The notes below the pieces were generated by a model. It ran no database searches. It was not told the origin of the DNA and was given only the letters and a program-made list of their open reading frames with translations. Source: an uncultured Bacteroidota bacterium (GTDB taxonomy: Bacteria > Bacteroidota > Bacteroidia > 2-12-FULL-35-15). From it: a DNA stretch of 64,000 nt. The position numbers and the translations under genes were made by a program. Of the stretch, positions 18,394 to 29,204 are shown one piece after another (positions within the stretch are counted from its first letter, which is position 1; each line of letters starts with the position of its first letter). The stretch lies in assembly GCA_963727705.1 (NCBI GenBank), contig CAVSHK010000024.1, forward strand, positions 7,950-71,949. Direction: 5' to 3'.

Positions 18394-18401
18394 TAGATTT
18401 G
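18394..18401 (+). promoter_or_regulatory. Bacteroidota -7 promoter box TAGATTTG (TAnnTTTG) upstream of fbaB
   Basis: Exact match to the TAnnTTTG consensus, 62 nt upstream of the ATG. Confidence 0.45.
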
Positions 18402-18462
18402 TCTTCCGAAATTTTCGGTAGAGGAACTATTCAAAACACATATAAAAGATTAAGTTATAACA

Positions 18463-19521
18463 ATGGCTGAGAAAAAAATAGAAGAGTTATTAGGGGCGAA
18501 TGCGGACAATCTGTTGAAGCACACTTGCAACACCATTACAAAAGAAAATATACACTTTCCAGGAGCTGATTTTGTGGATCGTATTTTTACACACACTAAC
18601 AGAAACCCGCAAGTATTGCGCAGCTTAGCACAACTATACAATACAGGTCGTTTGGCTGAAACAGGTTATATGAGCATTTTACCTGTTGATCAAGGTATTG
18701 AGCATAGTGCCGGTGCTTCATTTGCTCCCAATCCTATTTATTTTGATTCGGAAAACATCGTAAAACTTGCAATAGAAGGCGGGTGCAATGCTGTTGCTTC
18801 CACTTTTGGTGTGTTGGCGTCTGTGTCACGCAAGTATGCTCACAAAATACCATTTGTGGTAAAAATCAATCACAACGAATTTTTGACATACCCTAATAAA
18901 TTTGACCAAATAATGTTTGGGAGCGTTGAAGACGCTTGGAACATGGGGGCTGTAGCTGTTGGGGCTACTATTTATTTTGGGTCACCGGAATCGTCGCGTC
19001 AAATTGTGGAAGTGGCAAAAGCCTTTGAACGTGCTCATGAACTGGGCATGGCAACCATCTTATGGTGTTATACACGTAACAACGCTTTCAAAAAAGACGG
19101 AATTGATTACAGTACTTCTGCCGATTTATCTTCTCAGGCAAATCATTTGGGAGTGACAATTCAAGCGGATATTATCAAACAAAAACTGTCGGATAAAAAC
19201 GGAGGGTACAACGCATTGAACTTTGGCAAAACACATCCAAAAGTATATTCAGAATTAACTACTGATCATCCTATAGATCTTGCCCGTTACCAAGTAGCAA
19301 ATTGCTATATGGGTCGTATTGGCTTAATTAATTCCGGAGGCGAATCAAAAGGTGCTTCTGATTTGGCAGAAGCGGTTACTACAGCTGTAATCAACAAACG
19401 TGCTGGGGGACAAGGGTTGATATCGGGTCGTAAAGCTTTTCAAAAACCCATGAAAGAAGGCGTGACGCTGTTGAACACAATACAGGATGTATATTTAGAT
19501 AAAACAATTACAATTGCTTAA
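18463..19521 (+). CDS. fbaB: class I fructose-bisphosphate aldolase (FbaB/DhnA type)
   Basis: 352 aa, collinear with E. coli FbaB as I remember it: [62 protein letters not shown]. Confidence 0.9.
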   Translation: MAEKKIEELLGANADNLLKHTCNTITKENIHFPGADFVDRIFTHTNRNPQVLRSLAQLYNTGRLAETGYMSILPVDQGIEHSAGASFAPNPIYFDSENIVKLAIEGGCNAVASTFGVLASVSRKYAHKIPFVVKINHNEFLTYPNKFDQIMFGSVEDAWNMGAVAVGATIYFGSPESSRQIVEVAKAFERAHELGMATILWCYTRNNAFKKDGIDYSTSADLSSQANHLGVTIQADIIKQKLSDKNGGYNALNFGKTHPKVYSELTTDHPIDLARYQVANCYMGRIGLINSGGESKGASDLAEAVTTAVINKRAGGQGLISGRKAFQKPMKEGVTLLNTIQDVYLDKTITIA

Positions 19522-19576
19522 CAGGTTGGGTAATTAATATTCCAATTTAAAATCTTCAATCTTTTAATTAAAAAAA

Positions 19577-20416
19577 ATGAGTTGGTTTAAACGTAAAAAA
19601 TCAGGCATCACCACTAATGAAAAGAAAGAAACTCCGGAGGGTTTGTGGTATAAATGCCCGTCATGTAAAAAACTAACGCCCACTGATGAGCAAGTGCAAA
19701 GTTTATATGTGTGTCCGGTTTGTAATTATCACGAAAAAATTGGATCTAAAGAATATTTCGAATTGTTTTTTGATGATAACGAATTCTCCGAGCTTGATCC
19801 TAACCTCACTGCTGCCGACCCTTTAAATTTTACGGATACTAAAAAATATACAGACCGTTTAGTTGACACTCAAAACAAAACACATTTAAAGGACGCATTA
19901 CGAAGTGCTCATGGAAAGGTAGAAGGCGAAGATTTAGTAATTGCCTGTATGGATTTTACTTTTATAGGAGGTTCAATGGGTGCCGTTGTTGGTGAAAAAA
20001 TTTCAAGAGCTATTGATTATTGTATTGAAAAACGCATTCCTTTGTTGATTATCTCTAAATCGGGTGGGGCGCGTATGATGGAAGCTGCATTTTCATTAAT
20101 GCAAATGGCAAAAACATCTGCTAAACTATCCTTGTTGGCAGAAGCAAAAATTCCCTATATATCACTGCTCACCGATCCCACTACAGGTGGCGTAACCGCA
20201 TCGTATGCAATGTTAGGTGATTTGAATATTTCTGAACCGGGTGCGTTAATAGGTTTTGCAGGTCCCCGGGTAATTAAAGAAACCATTAAAAAGGATTTGC
20301 CTGATGGATTTCAAACCGCAGAGTTCGTTTTAGAACACGGCTTTTTAGATAAAATTATCCATAGAAAAGAGATGAAAAAAAGCGTTGCTCAACTAATAAA
20401 AATGCTTAACAATTAA
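19577..20416 (+). CDS. accD: acetyl-CoA carboxylase carboxyltransferase beta subunit
   Basis: 279 aa. Zn-ribbon CPSCKK..CPVCNYH followed by the carboxyltransferase domain ([11 protein letters not shown]). Confidence 0.9.
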   Translation: MSWFKRKKSGITTNEKKETPEGLWYKCPSCKKLTPTDEQVQSLYVCPVCNYHEKIGSKEYFELFFDDNEFSELDPNLTAADPLNFTDTKKYTDRLVDTQNKTHLKDALRSAHGKVEGEDLVIACMDFTFIGGSMGAVVGEKISRAIDYCIEKRIPLLIISKSGGARMMEAAFSLMQMAKTSAKLSLLAEAKIPYISLLTDPTTGGVTASYAMLGDLNISEPGALIGFAGPRVIKETIKKDLPDGFQTAEFVLEHGFLDKIIHRKEMKKSVAQLIKMLNN

Positions 20417-20458
20417 TTTATTAGCAAGGAACCTATAAAGTGGTGATAAAGTAAGTTA

Positions 20459-21151
20459 CTACTTGTTTTTTGTCATCGTCACAAACTCATTCCATAACAC
20501 TTCATCGGGCGGAGGAGCGATAATCACTATCTTTTCTTTTTTAACAGGATGTATAAATTCTATTTTGCGTGCATGCAAATGAATGGAAGCATCTTTATTC
20601 CCTCTGTTAAAGCCATATTTCACATCTCCTTTTATTGGACTGCCCATTGCCGATAGCTGAACACGTATTTGATGATGGCGGCCTGTATGGGGATTTATTT
20701 CCAACAAAAAATACGTATCGGAAGTTGCAATTAATTCATAATCGAGTTCTGAACGAAGACTTCCGGGAGTTTCCTTTTCAAAGGCCTTTGAAATATTCTT
20801 CGCTTCATTTTTTTTTAAATAATGAACGAGGTTTCCGCTGCTTTTTGCAGGTTTATTTTTAACAACGGCCCAATATGTTTTTTTTATTTCTTTGGTTTGA
20901 AATAGTTGATTCAATCGTGCTAATGCCTTACTGGTTTTGGCAAATAATACAATTCCGCTAACAGGTCTGTCAATTCGGTGAACCGTTCCAACAAATACTT
21001 CCCCCGGTTTGTTGTATTTTTCTTTGATGTATTTTTTTACAAATTCACTTAAAGGAGTATCTCCGGTTTTATCTCCCTGTACAATATCAGAAGGTTTTTT
21101 GTTAATGGCAATGATGTGATTGTCTTCGTATAAAACTTCGAGTTCATTCAT
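20459..21151 (-). CDS. RluA family pseudouridine synthase
   Basis: Catalytic motif HRIDRPVSGIVLFAKT and HQIRVQL. The ORF is open from 21175 (GTG); the ATG at 21151 (MNELEVLYED) is the likely start. Confidence 0.8.
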   Translation of the reverse strand: MNELEVLYEDNHIIAINKKPSDIVQGDKTGDTPLSEFVKKYIKEKYNKPGEVFVGTVHRIDRPVSGIVLFAKTSKALARLNQLFQTKEIKKTYWAVVKNKPAKSSGNLVHYLKKNEAKNISKAFEKETPGSLRSELDYELIATSDTYFLLEINPHTGRHHQIRVQLSAMGSPIKGDVKYGFNRGNKDASIHLHARKIEFIHPVKKEKIVIIAPPPDEVLWNEFVTMTKNK

Positions 21152-21232
21152 GGTAGGTTCTGTTGTTTTTAACACGGAGTTCTCGCAGATTTAATAATTT
21201 CAACAGGCTCACAATGAGAGCAGACAGAATTT

Positions 21233-22048
21233 TTAGTACTGTTCGGTAGTATTTGGAAAGTCCTTTGACTTAACATCACCAATGTATTTTTCAACCGCTC
21301 CTTTAATCTCATCATAGAGGCTTAAATAACGTCTCAAAAAACGAGGACTAAACTCATGTGTTAAACCCACCATATCATGAAAAACAAGTACCTGCCCGTC
21401 AACACCTCCACCCGCACCAATTCCAATTACCGGAATTGATAATTCACCAGCTACCTGTCCCGCCAGTTTTGCAGGTATTTTTTCTAATACTAAACCAAAG
21501 CAACCTGCCTTTTGCAATATGTGAGCGTCTTCTATCAATCGTTTTGCTTCCTCCTCTTCTTTTGCTCTAACCGTATAAGTACCAAATTTATAAATACTTT
21601 GAGGAGTCAGCCCTAAATGTCCCATCACAGGAATTCCAGCCGATAATATACGTTCAACCGATTCTTTAATTTCTCTGCCACCTTCCAGCTTAACAGCATG
21701 TGCACCGCTTTCCTTCATTATTTTGATGGCTGAGTTCAGTGCTTCTTTTGAATTTCCCTGATAAGATCCGAAAGGTAAATCGACCACTATAAGCGCACGA
21801 TGTGCAGCGCGTACTACAGACGATGCATGATAAATCATCTCATTAAGCGTGATAGGCAACGTTGTTTCATAACCTGCCATTACATTAGATGCTGAATCAC
21901 CAACTAGTATAATATCAATTCCGGCATGATCAATGATTTTAGCCATAGTATAATCATAGGCTGTTAACATGGATATTTTTTCTCCCCGGTGTTTCATCTC
22001 CTGCAACACATGAGTAGTAACTCTCTTCACTTCTTTGCTTACTGACAT
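21233..22048 (-). CDS. panB: 3-methyl-2-oxobutanoate hydroxymethyltransferase
   Basis: 271 aa. LTAYDY..A......GID.ILVGDS...V..G...T..IT...M.YH ... VKLEGG. Confidence 0.9.
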   Translation of the reverse strand: MSVSKEVKRVTTHVLQEMKHRGEKISMLTAYDYTMAKIIDHAGIDIILVGDSASNVMAGYETTLPITLNEMIYHASSVVRAAHRALIVVDLPFGSYQGNSKEALNSAIKIMKESGAHAVKLEGGREIKESVERILSAGIPVMGHLGLTPQSIYKFGTYTVRAKEEEEAKRLIEDAHILQKAGCFGLVLEKIPAKLAGQVAGELSIPVIGIGAGGGVDGQVLVFHDMVGLTHEFSPRFLRRYLSLYDEIKGAVEKYIGDVKSKDFPNTTEQY

Positions 22049-22247
22049 TGCCTTTGATTTATAAGATTTATGATTGTACTTTTTATGATGGCTGACAAAT
22101 TTACAAATAGTTTTTAATTAACCCTGCCCTCCCCTGTAAATAGCTGTTTTTATTGCTTTTTTATACTTTTTGCAAAACCCATTAATTAGGTTGGTATTAA
22201 AAATTTGGTATTAAAATTGATGAGTTAAACTACCTAAAATCCAACTT

Positions 22248-22681
22248 ATGAAAACAATCACTCTAACTTTAGCCATTACTTTATTATTGTTAAGTTCATT
22301 CATTCAACAGCCGGAGCCATGGACAAAACAACAGATAATGCCTACAAAAGAATTAGCAGAAAAAATTCAAAATAATGCCAAAGATTTACCGTTATTTTTA
22401 ATGTTGGTCCGATGGAAAACATTAAAACTGCTATTAAAACCGGCAATACCGACGAAGATGAGGGCATAAAAAAACTGACAGCATCAGTTTCTGCTATGAA
22501 GAAAAGTAGTAAAATAGTAATTTATTGTGGTTGCTGCTCTTACGCAAATTGCCCCAACATCCGCCCGGCATTTAAGAAACTACAGGAACTGGGTTTTAAA
22601 AATGTTAAAGTTTTAGACATACCGGAAGGACTAAAGCCTGACTGGGTTGCAAAAGATTATCCGGTTGAAAAAACAAAATAA
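22248..22681 (+). CDS. secreted rhodanese-like domain protein; one frameshift (~22400) in this sequence
   Basis: ORFs 22248-22469 and 22412-22681 join if one A is added in TTAATG, giving ..DLPLFLNVGPMENIKTAIKTG... The active-site-like loop is IVIYCGCCSYANCPN. Confidence 0.6.
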
Positions 22682-22701
22682 TTTTCTTCAATTCTAAATT
22701 A

Positions 22702-22742
22702 CACTCCCCGCCATTATATCAATAATGGCGGGGAGTGCTTTT
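22702..22742 (+). terminator. rho-independent terminator
   Basis: CACTCCCCGCCATTA-tatcaa-TAATGGCGGGGAGTG followed by CTTTT. Confidence 0.8.
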
Positions 22743-22989
22743 ATACTGATGTAGCTCATTGTTGCATTAGTATAATAGACACATATTTGCAGACAGATGC
22801 TCGTTAAAAATCAAAAATACCATTACTTGAAACAACAATCCATTCTGCCTCTTTGGCATAAAAAAATGGTTCAATATTATTTTATGATACAATGATATGC
22901 CATTATTTCTCCATCATCTTATTGGCACAGTCATTGAAAAAGGGGAGCGTTAAATAAAAATTTTGTAATCAACTTAAAATTAAAATACA

Positions 22990-24914
22990 ATGAGCAAAAT
23001 AATAGGTATAGATTTAGGAACAACTAACTCATGCGTTTCAGTAATGGAAGGTAACGAACCTGTAGTAATTCCTAACAGCGAAGGCAAAAGAACAACACCT
23101 TCCATCGTAGCGTTTGTAGAGAATGGTGAGCGCAAAGTTGGTGACCCTGCAAAACGTCAGGCAATTACAAACCCGACAAAAACCGTATCTTCTATTAAAC
23201 GTTTTATGGGACACACTTTTGATGAGGTAAGCGGCGAAGCGGCTCGTGTTCCTTACAAAGTAGTAAAGGGAGATAATAATACTCCTCGTGTACAGATTGA
23301 TGACAGAAAATATACACCACAAGAAATTTCTGCGATCATTCTTCAAAAAATGAAAAAAACTGCCGAAGATTATCTTGGACACGAAGTAACGGAAGCAGTT
23401 ATCACTGTTCCTGCTTACTTTAACGATGCACAACGTCAGGCTACAAAAGAAGCCGGAGAAATAGCCGGTTTAAAAGTAAAACGTATCATTAACGAACCTA
23501 CTGCTGCTGCTTTAGCTTACGGACTTGATAAAAAAGGTAAAGAAATGAAAATTGTTGTGTTCGACTGCGGTGGTGGTACACATGACGTTTCAGTTCTTGA
23601 ATTGGGTGATGGTGTATTTGAAGTAAAATCAACCGACGGTGATACTCACTTAGGTGGTGATGACTTCGATCAAAAAATCATTGACTGGTTAACTGCTGAG
23701 TTTAAAACAGAAGAAGGTCTTGATTTAACTAAAGACCCGATGGCGCTTCAACGTTTGAAAGAAGCTGCTGAAAAAGCTAAAATAGAATTGTCAAGTTCTG
23801 CAAGTACTGAAATCAACTTGCCTTATATAATGCCGGTTGATGGTATTCCAAAACATTTGGTACGTACTCTAACCAGAGCTAAATTTGAACAATTAGTTGA
23901 CGACTTGATTAAACGTACGATTGAACCTTGCAAATCAGCATTGAAAAACGCAGGTTTAAATCCAAATGAAATTGATGAAATTATTTTGGTGGGTGGTTCA
24001 ACCCGTATTCCTGCAATTAGTTGAAGCCGTTGAAAAATTCTTCGGAAAAGCCCCATCAAAAGGAGTTAATCCTGATGAAGTGGTTGCAGTTGGTGCGGCT
24101 ATTCAAGGTGGTGTATTAACAGGTGAAGTAAAAGATGTATTGTTATTGGATGTAACTCCGCTTTCGTTAGGTATTGAAACAATGGGTGGTGTTATGACAA
24201 AATTGATTGACTCTAACACAACCATACCAACTAAAAAATCAGAAACATTCTCAACTGCTGCTGATAACCAACCATCGGTTACAAATTGTGGTGTATCAAG
24301 GTGAACGCCCAATGGCAAGAGATAACCGTAAATTAGGTGAGTTTAATTTAGATGGTATTCCGCCTGCACAAAGAGGCATTCCTCAAATTGAAGTAACATT
24401 TGATATTGATGCAAATGGTATTTTAAATGTATCTGCAAAAGATAAAGCAACCGGCAAATCGCACAACATACGCATTGAAGCTAAATCAGGCTTAAGCGAT
24501 GATGAAATCAAACGTATGAAAGCAGATGCTGAAGCAAATGCTGAAGCAGATAAAAAAGCGAAAGAAGAAGTTGAAAAAGTGAACGCTGCCGATTCAATGA
24601 TTTTTCAAACAGAAAAACAATTGAAAGAGTATGGAGATAAACTTCCGGCAGATAAAAAATCAACCATCGAAGCTGCGTTAACCGAACTTAAAACAGCGCA
24701 TGGTTCTCGCAACATCGCAGGCATTGACAGCGCATTGGAAAAAATAAATGCTGCATGGCAAGCTGCTTCGCAAGACATTTACAATGCTACACAAGGCGCA
24801 GGTGCTGCGGGTGCTCAACCGGGTGCCGATGCTAACGCAAATGGCGCTAAAGGTTCCAGCGACGGCGAAGTAACGGATGTTGATTTTGAAGAAGTAAAGG
24901 ATGATAAAAAATAA
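22990..24914 (+). CDS. dnaK: molecular chaperone DnaK (Hsp70); split in three by two 1-nt frameshifts (~24022 and ~24282) in this sequence
   Basis: [19 protein letters not shown]-like [12 protein letters not shown], ..GGSTRIPAI | [51 protein letters not shown] | [11 protein letters not shown]... The three ORFs (22990-24024, 23966-24304, 24207-24914) are collinear with DnaK. Confidence 0.95.
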
Positions 24915-24935
24915 GCTTAGTTAAGAGTACAAAAA

Positions 24936-24966
24936 AGCCCTTGAGAAATTTCCCAGGGGCTTTTTT
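24936..24966 (+). terminator. probable rho-independent terminator after dnaK
   Basis: AGCCCTTG..loop..CCAGGGGCT followed by a T-run. The stem is imperfect. Confidence 0.55.
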
Positions 24967-25031
24967 GTTTATATAAAAACATCAATAAAAAAATGTGTAA
25001 ACTTGTGCAGAGTTAAAAATTATAAACAAAA

Positions 25032-25403
25032 ATGGTGCGAGCAATAATTTTAATTGCCTTGGGAGGTGGTGGTGGAAGCGTTTTCCGTTATCTTACATCT
25101 TTATTTGTAAATAAATATTTCGGCACTATTTTTCCATTGGCAACATTTGTTACAAATGTTTTAGGATGCTTTATTATAGGGCTTTTGCTCGGAGTACTTG
25201 AAAAGCAGCAAATGACAAATAACGATTTGAAATTTTTATTGGTTACCGGATTTTGTGGAGGCTATACTACCTTTTCAACATTTGCTTACGAAAATGTAAG
25301 CCTGTTTAATTCCAGCAATTCCACCACCGCGTTCTTTTACATTGCTTCCAGCTTGCTTGCAAGTCTGTTTGCGGTATGGGTTGGATTAGCAGTTACAAAA
25401 TAG
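25032..25403 (+). CDS. crcB: fluoride ion channel CrcB/FluC
   Basis: 123 aa with four TM helices. GG.GS..RY and GFCGGYTTFSTF motifs. Confidence 0.9.
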   Translation: MVRAIILIALGGGGGSVFRYLTSLFVNKYFGTIFPLATFVTNVLGCFIIGLLLGVLEKQQMTNNDLKFLLVTGFCGGYTTFSTFAYENVSLFNSSNSTTAFFYIASSLLASLFAVWVGLAVTK

Positions 25404-25430
25404 CACCCAATCAATCCGGCACCAACTATT

Positions 25431-25871
25431 TTATTTCAACAATTCCTTTACCAGTGCCGAAATGGTTTTGCCATCAGCTTTACCCGCAAATTGTTTCGAA
25501 GCCAGTCCCATTACTTTACCCATGTCAGCAGCAGAAGTTGCTCCGGCCGATGCAATAATTTTTATCACTTCAGCCCTTAATTCCTCATCGCTTAAAGGTT
25601 TTGGCAAATATGCTTCTATGATATCGGCTTGAAACAATTCTGTTTCGGCAAGATCGCCGCGATTTTGTGTTTTATATATTTCAGCCGTTTCTTTTCGCTG
25701 CTTTACCATTTTTTGTAACGCTTTTAGTTCGCTCTCATCGTTATATCCTTCAGGAGAAGTTTTTAATAATAATATAGCCGATTTCACAGCTCTCAATGCT
25801 TCTAGCTTTGCTGATGCTTTTGCCAACATTGCCGCTTTAATGTCTGCATTTATTTTTTCTTCCAGTGCCAT
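25431..25871 (-). CDS. GatB/YqeY domain protein
   Basis: 146 aa. I..D.K.AM.......L..LR..KSA and the C-terminal MGKVMG....AGKADGK.I...VKE.L pattern. Confidence 0.85.
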   Translation of the reverse strand: MALEEKINADIKAAMLAKASAKLEALRAVKSAILLLKTSPEGYNDESELKALQKMVKQRKETAEIYKTQNRGDLAETELFQADIIEAYLPKPLSDEELRAEVIKIIASAGATSAADMGKVMGLASKQFAGKADGKTISALVKELLK

Positions 25872-26003
25872 TCTATTATTTGTTTTTTTTATGTTAATAC
25901 TTCAAAAGTAAAAAGTTTTTAATGATAAAACCTTGTAATCGTGTTAAAAGTTGAACAATACATTACAAAACAGGTAAACTAAAACAGCAAGGAATTATAG
26001 CTG

Positions 26004-26918
26004 TTACAGCACGGTAATTTCACCTTCTTTGGCAAGAACAGTATTTTCAAAAACTGTTTTTGCTTCATCCAGCAATGGCTGTAAATCCCGGTAACGGGCG
26101 GAATAATGTCCAATCATTAATTGAGCTACTTGTGCTTTTTGAGCAATAGTTGCCGCTTGCAAGGCTGTAGAATGAAAGGTGTCAACAGCACGGGGTAATA
26201 AATCGTGCATAAAAGTAGCCTCATGGTAAAGCAATGTAACATCCTTTATAAATTCTACTATTCGTTCATCATAAGCAGTATCTGAACAATAAGCGTAGCT
26301 GCGCACGGGAGGTTTAGCTGTAACTAATTTTGAATTTGAAATAACCTCACCCAATGAAGTAATAAAATCTGCACCGTTTTTTATAGCGTGTATTTGTTCC
26401 AAAGGAATATTGTAATGCGCTATGGTTTCTTTCGTGATATTGCTTGGTAAAGGTTTTTCAGTAAAAATAAATCCGCAACAGGGAATGCGATGACTCAAAA
26501 CAATTGTTTTCACGGTAAATTTATCATCCTCAAAAATCAATTCATTGTCAATGTATTTATGAAAATGATAAACGATTGCGTATTTTAAATAGGTTTGCGA
26601 AACACGTAACTGAACTTCTATTACTTCTTTTAATTCTTCGGGACAATACAAATGCAATTCAGTTGTTCTTCCCAACAGGTGCATACTTGATAAAAGACCT
26701 AACAAGCCTAAATAATGGTCGCCATGTAAATGACTGATGAAAATATGATTAATGCGCTGAAACTTTATTTTGTATTTGCGCAATTGTATTTGTGTAGATT
26801 CTCCGCAATCTATCAAACAAAATCTATCTGCAATAGTTAACAGCTGGGCGGTAGGGTTTCTTGTTGAGGTTGGTGTGGCACTGCTGGAACCTAAAATGGT
26901 TAATTCAAAATTTTGCAT
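26004..26918 (-). CDS. rnz: ribonuclease Z
   Basis: 304 aa. LGSSSATPT..RN.TAQLL, metallo-beta-lactamase motif SHLHGDHYLGL. Confidence 0.9.
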   Translation of the reverse strand: MQNFELTILGSSSATPTSTRNPTAQLLTIADRFCLIDCGESTQIQLRKYKIKFQRINHIFISHLHGDHYLGLLGLLSSMHLLGRTTELHLYCPEELKEVIEVQLRVSQTYLKYAIVYHFHKYIDNELIFEDDKFTVKTIVLSHRIPCCGFIFTEKPLPSNITKETIAHYNIPLEQIHAIKNGADFITSLGEVISNSKLVTAKPPVRSYAYCSDTAYDERIVEFIKDVTLLYHEATFMHDLLPRAVDTFHSTALQAATIAQKAQVAQLMIGHYSARYRDLQPLLDEAKTVFENTVLAKEGEITVL

Positions 26919-26930
26919 TCCTCCGTCCCT

Positions 26931-27266
26931 TCAAATCAGTTGTTCAGCTTCGGCCAAGGTATTGGCAATACTTAAAATCGTATCCAGCTTTGAAATTGTT
27001 ATTACTTTTCGTACAGGTTCTTGTAAACCTGACAGTACTAAAATTCCTTCACGCTCCTTACATAAACGATTGCCAATTAATATAGCACTTAAGCCCGAAG
27101 AATCGCAGTAACGGGTTGCAGATAAATCAATAAAAATGTTTTTAATGCCTTCAGAATTTAACACCACCAATTCCGACTTAAGATTGGGAGCTAAAATGCT
27201 ATCTAATTTATCGGAATTAATCTTTATTACAGCGTAATTATCTTTTTTCTCTATTTGGAGACTCAT
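26931..27266 (-). CDS. STAS domain protein (anti-sigma-factor-antagonist-like)
   Basis: 111 aa. ..I.L....YCDSSGLSAIL is the typical SpoIIAA/STAS phosphorylatable-loop region. Confidence 0.75.
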   Translation of the reverse strand: MSLQIEKKDNYAVIKINSDKLDSILAPNLKSELVVLNSEGIKNIFIDLSATRYCDSSGLSAILIGNRLCKEREGILVLSGLQEPVRKVITISKLDTILSIANTLAEAEQLI

Positions 27267-27386
27267 ACTGAAATTGTTTCAACAAATGTATAAAATTTTT
27301 AAAACTGCTTACGACAATAATAAACAATAGTACTGAAATAATATCATAACTTTTTAAAAAGTTTGTTACATTTCAAAAAATAATCT

Positions 27387-27394
27387 TAGGTTTG
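27387..27394 (+). promoter_or_regulatory. Bacteroidota -7 promoter box TAGGTTTG upstream of the asd leader
   Basis: Exact TAnnTTTG match. A TTG lies ~22 nt upstream. The box is 29 nt upstream of the mini-ORF ATG at 27423. Confidence 0.45.
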
Positions 27395-27422
27395 CAGCCG
27401 GTTAAAATTATCTGACATTTTT

Positions 27423-27488
27423 ATGCAGTACTATTTTGGAAATAAAAAGCGCACTATAAAGAGTTTCTTTAGCGGAAAGGTCTGTTAG
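27423..27488 (+). promoter_or_regulatory. 21-codon mini-ORF (MQYYFGNKKRTIKSFFSGKVC) in the asd 5' leader; possible leader peptide
   Basis: ATG..TAG between the promoter box and a terminator hairpin. Its 3' end (CGGAAAGG, 27473-27480) duplicates the right arm of that hairpin. Confidence 0.3.
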
Positions 27489-27512
27489 TGTTTATTATAT
27501 AAACTTTAAAAC

Positions 27513-27547
27513 AAAAAGCCTTTCCGAAATTTCGGAAAGGCTTTTTG
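27513..27547 (+). terminator. perfect terminator hairpin located inside the asd 5' leader (candidate attenuator)
   Basis: AAAAAGCCTTTCCG-aaattt-CGGAAAGGCTTTTTG. It lies 57 nt upstream of the asd ATG, and no upstream + strand gene exists for it to terminate. Confidence 0.6.
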
Positions 27548-27603
27548 TTTTAAATACATTTTAAAATATCGTTAATCAAAGTCAAACAATTAAAAACAAA
27601 AAC

Positions 27604-28592
27604 ATGAAAGTAGCAGTAGTTGGTGCAACTGGCTTAGTGGGCACTAAAATGATTCAAGTTTTAGAGGAGCGTAATTTTCCGGTAACAGATTTTATTCCGG
27701 TAGCTTCAGAAAAATCAGTAGGAAAAGAAGTTTCGTTTAAGGGCAAAAAGTATAAAGTTGTGGGAATGCAAACCGCTATTGACATGAAACCTGCTTTAGC
27801 AATATTTTCGGCAGGAGGAGACACATCCAAAGAATGGGCTCCTAAATATGCAGCTGCCGGAATTACTGTTGTAGATAATTCTTCGGCATGGAGAATGGAT
27901 CCTGACAAAAAAACTCGTTGTGCCCGAAATTAATGCAAATGAGTTAACGGCAACTGATAAAATTATTGCTAATCCCAACTGTTCAACCATACAAATGGTG
28001 GTTGCTTTAAACCCCTTGCACAAAAAATATAAAATTACACGTATTGTGGTTTCTACTTACCAATCGGTTACCGGTACAGGCGTTAAGGCAGTTAACCAAT
28101 TAATGAATGAGCGCAAAGGAATAAAAGGAGAAATGGCATACCATTATCCGATTGACTTAAACGTGATTCCTCAAATAGATGTATTTACTGATAACGGATA
28201 CACTAAAGAAGAAATGAAAATGATTTTGGAAACAAAAAAAATAATGCGATCAACATATTCGTGTTACTTCTACCACCGTGCGTATTCCGGTAATGGGCGG
28301 ACATAGCGAAAGTGTGAATGTGGAATTTGAAAACGAATTTGATTTGGAGGAAGTGCGTTCAATATTAAAAAGCGCTCCGGGTGTTATATTGGTAGATGAT
28401 GTTAAAAATTTAAAATACCCAATGCCAATGGATGCACATGATAAAGATGAAGTGTTTGTAGGTCGTTTACGCAGAGATGAAACTCAGCCCAAAACATTAA
28501 ACATGTGGATTGTTGCTGATAATTTACGCAAAGGAGCCGCTACTAATGCCGTTCAAATCGGAGAATATTTACTAAGCAAAAAGCTGATATAA
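27604..28592 (+). CDS. asd: aspartate-semialdehyde dehydrogenase; split in three by two frameshifts (~27910 in an A7 run, ~28247) in this sequence
   Basis: MKVAVVGATGLVG.., ..DPDKK | LVVPEINANEL.., NPNCSTIQMV (active-site Cys), ..VTSTTVRIPVMGGHSE.., ADNLRKGAATNAVQI. Confidence 0.9.
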
Positions 28593-28608
28593 GTTTTACA
28601 AATAACAT

Positions 28609-28641
28609 TAAGATAAAACGGCAACAACCACTATTGGTTGT
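28609..28641. terminator. bidirectional terminator between the convergent asd and moaE genes
   Basis: ACGGCAACAACCA-ctat-TGGTTGTTGCCGT followed by TTT. Confidence 0.8.
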
Positions 28642-28716
28642 TGCCGTTTTGCAATTTAATATATGAATTCTATATCTTAAAAAACATACTATCTTATTAA
28701 TTACAAACTTATAATT

Positions 28717-29154
28717 TTAACTCCCAATCCACCTATATGAGGCATCCTCATAATTTTCTTTTTTCCAGATAGGTGCTTTTGTTTTAATTTCTTCCACAAC
28801 ATATTCAAGGGCTTCAAACGATTTTTCGCGGTGTTTACATGAAACGAAAACAAAAAGAGATATTTCTCCTGTTTTAACAATTCCTAAACTATGGTATATG
28901 TGCATACATACAATCGAATACTTAGCAAAAGCCGCTTCTCGTATTTCATAAAAAACAGTTTCAGCCATTTCGTTATGTGCACTATATTCTATGCTAACAA
29001 CAGCGTTATTATTTTTATCGTCTTTTCTTATCTGACCTAAAAAAATAGCATGTGCGCCTATTTCAGTTTTAGTACTGTGTTTCGCTATTGAATTAGCTAT
29101 AAAATCAGGTGTTATAGCTCCTTCCAATAATGTATTCTTTTTTTTCTTTTCCAT
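28717..29154 (-). CDS. moaE: molybdopterin synthase catalytic subunit MoaE
   Basis: 145 aa. GA...F.G..R........V..IEY.A...MAE... and the C-terminal APIWKKE pattern. Confidence 0.85.
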   Translation of the reverse strand: MEKKKKNTLLEGAITPDFIANSIAKHSTKTEIGAHAIFLGQIRKDDKNNNAVVSIEYSAHNEMAETVFYEIREAAFAKYSIVCMHIYHSLGIVKTGEISLFVFVSCKHREKSFEALEYVVEEIKTKAPIWKKENYEDASYRWIGS

Positions 29155-29204
29155 TGAGTAGTTACAAGTTAAAAATTTCGAAATACCTTTCTCTATTTTA
29201 TTTA

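Noticed and set aside
22923-22937. Sigma-54-like -24/-12 element TGGCAC-agtca-TTGA about 55 nt upstream of dnaK
   Set aside because: The spacing is right, but the invariant GC of the -12 element is GA. This is a single occurrence with no enhancer-binding-protein context. It is weaker than chance expectation warrants without comparative support.
24967-25031. Looked for a fluoride (crcB-motif) riboswitch upstream of crcB
   Set aside because: The 65-nt spacer is almost pure A/T. It lacks the GC-rich pseudoknot-forming segments of the crcB motif, so no riboswitch can be supported.
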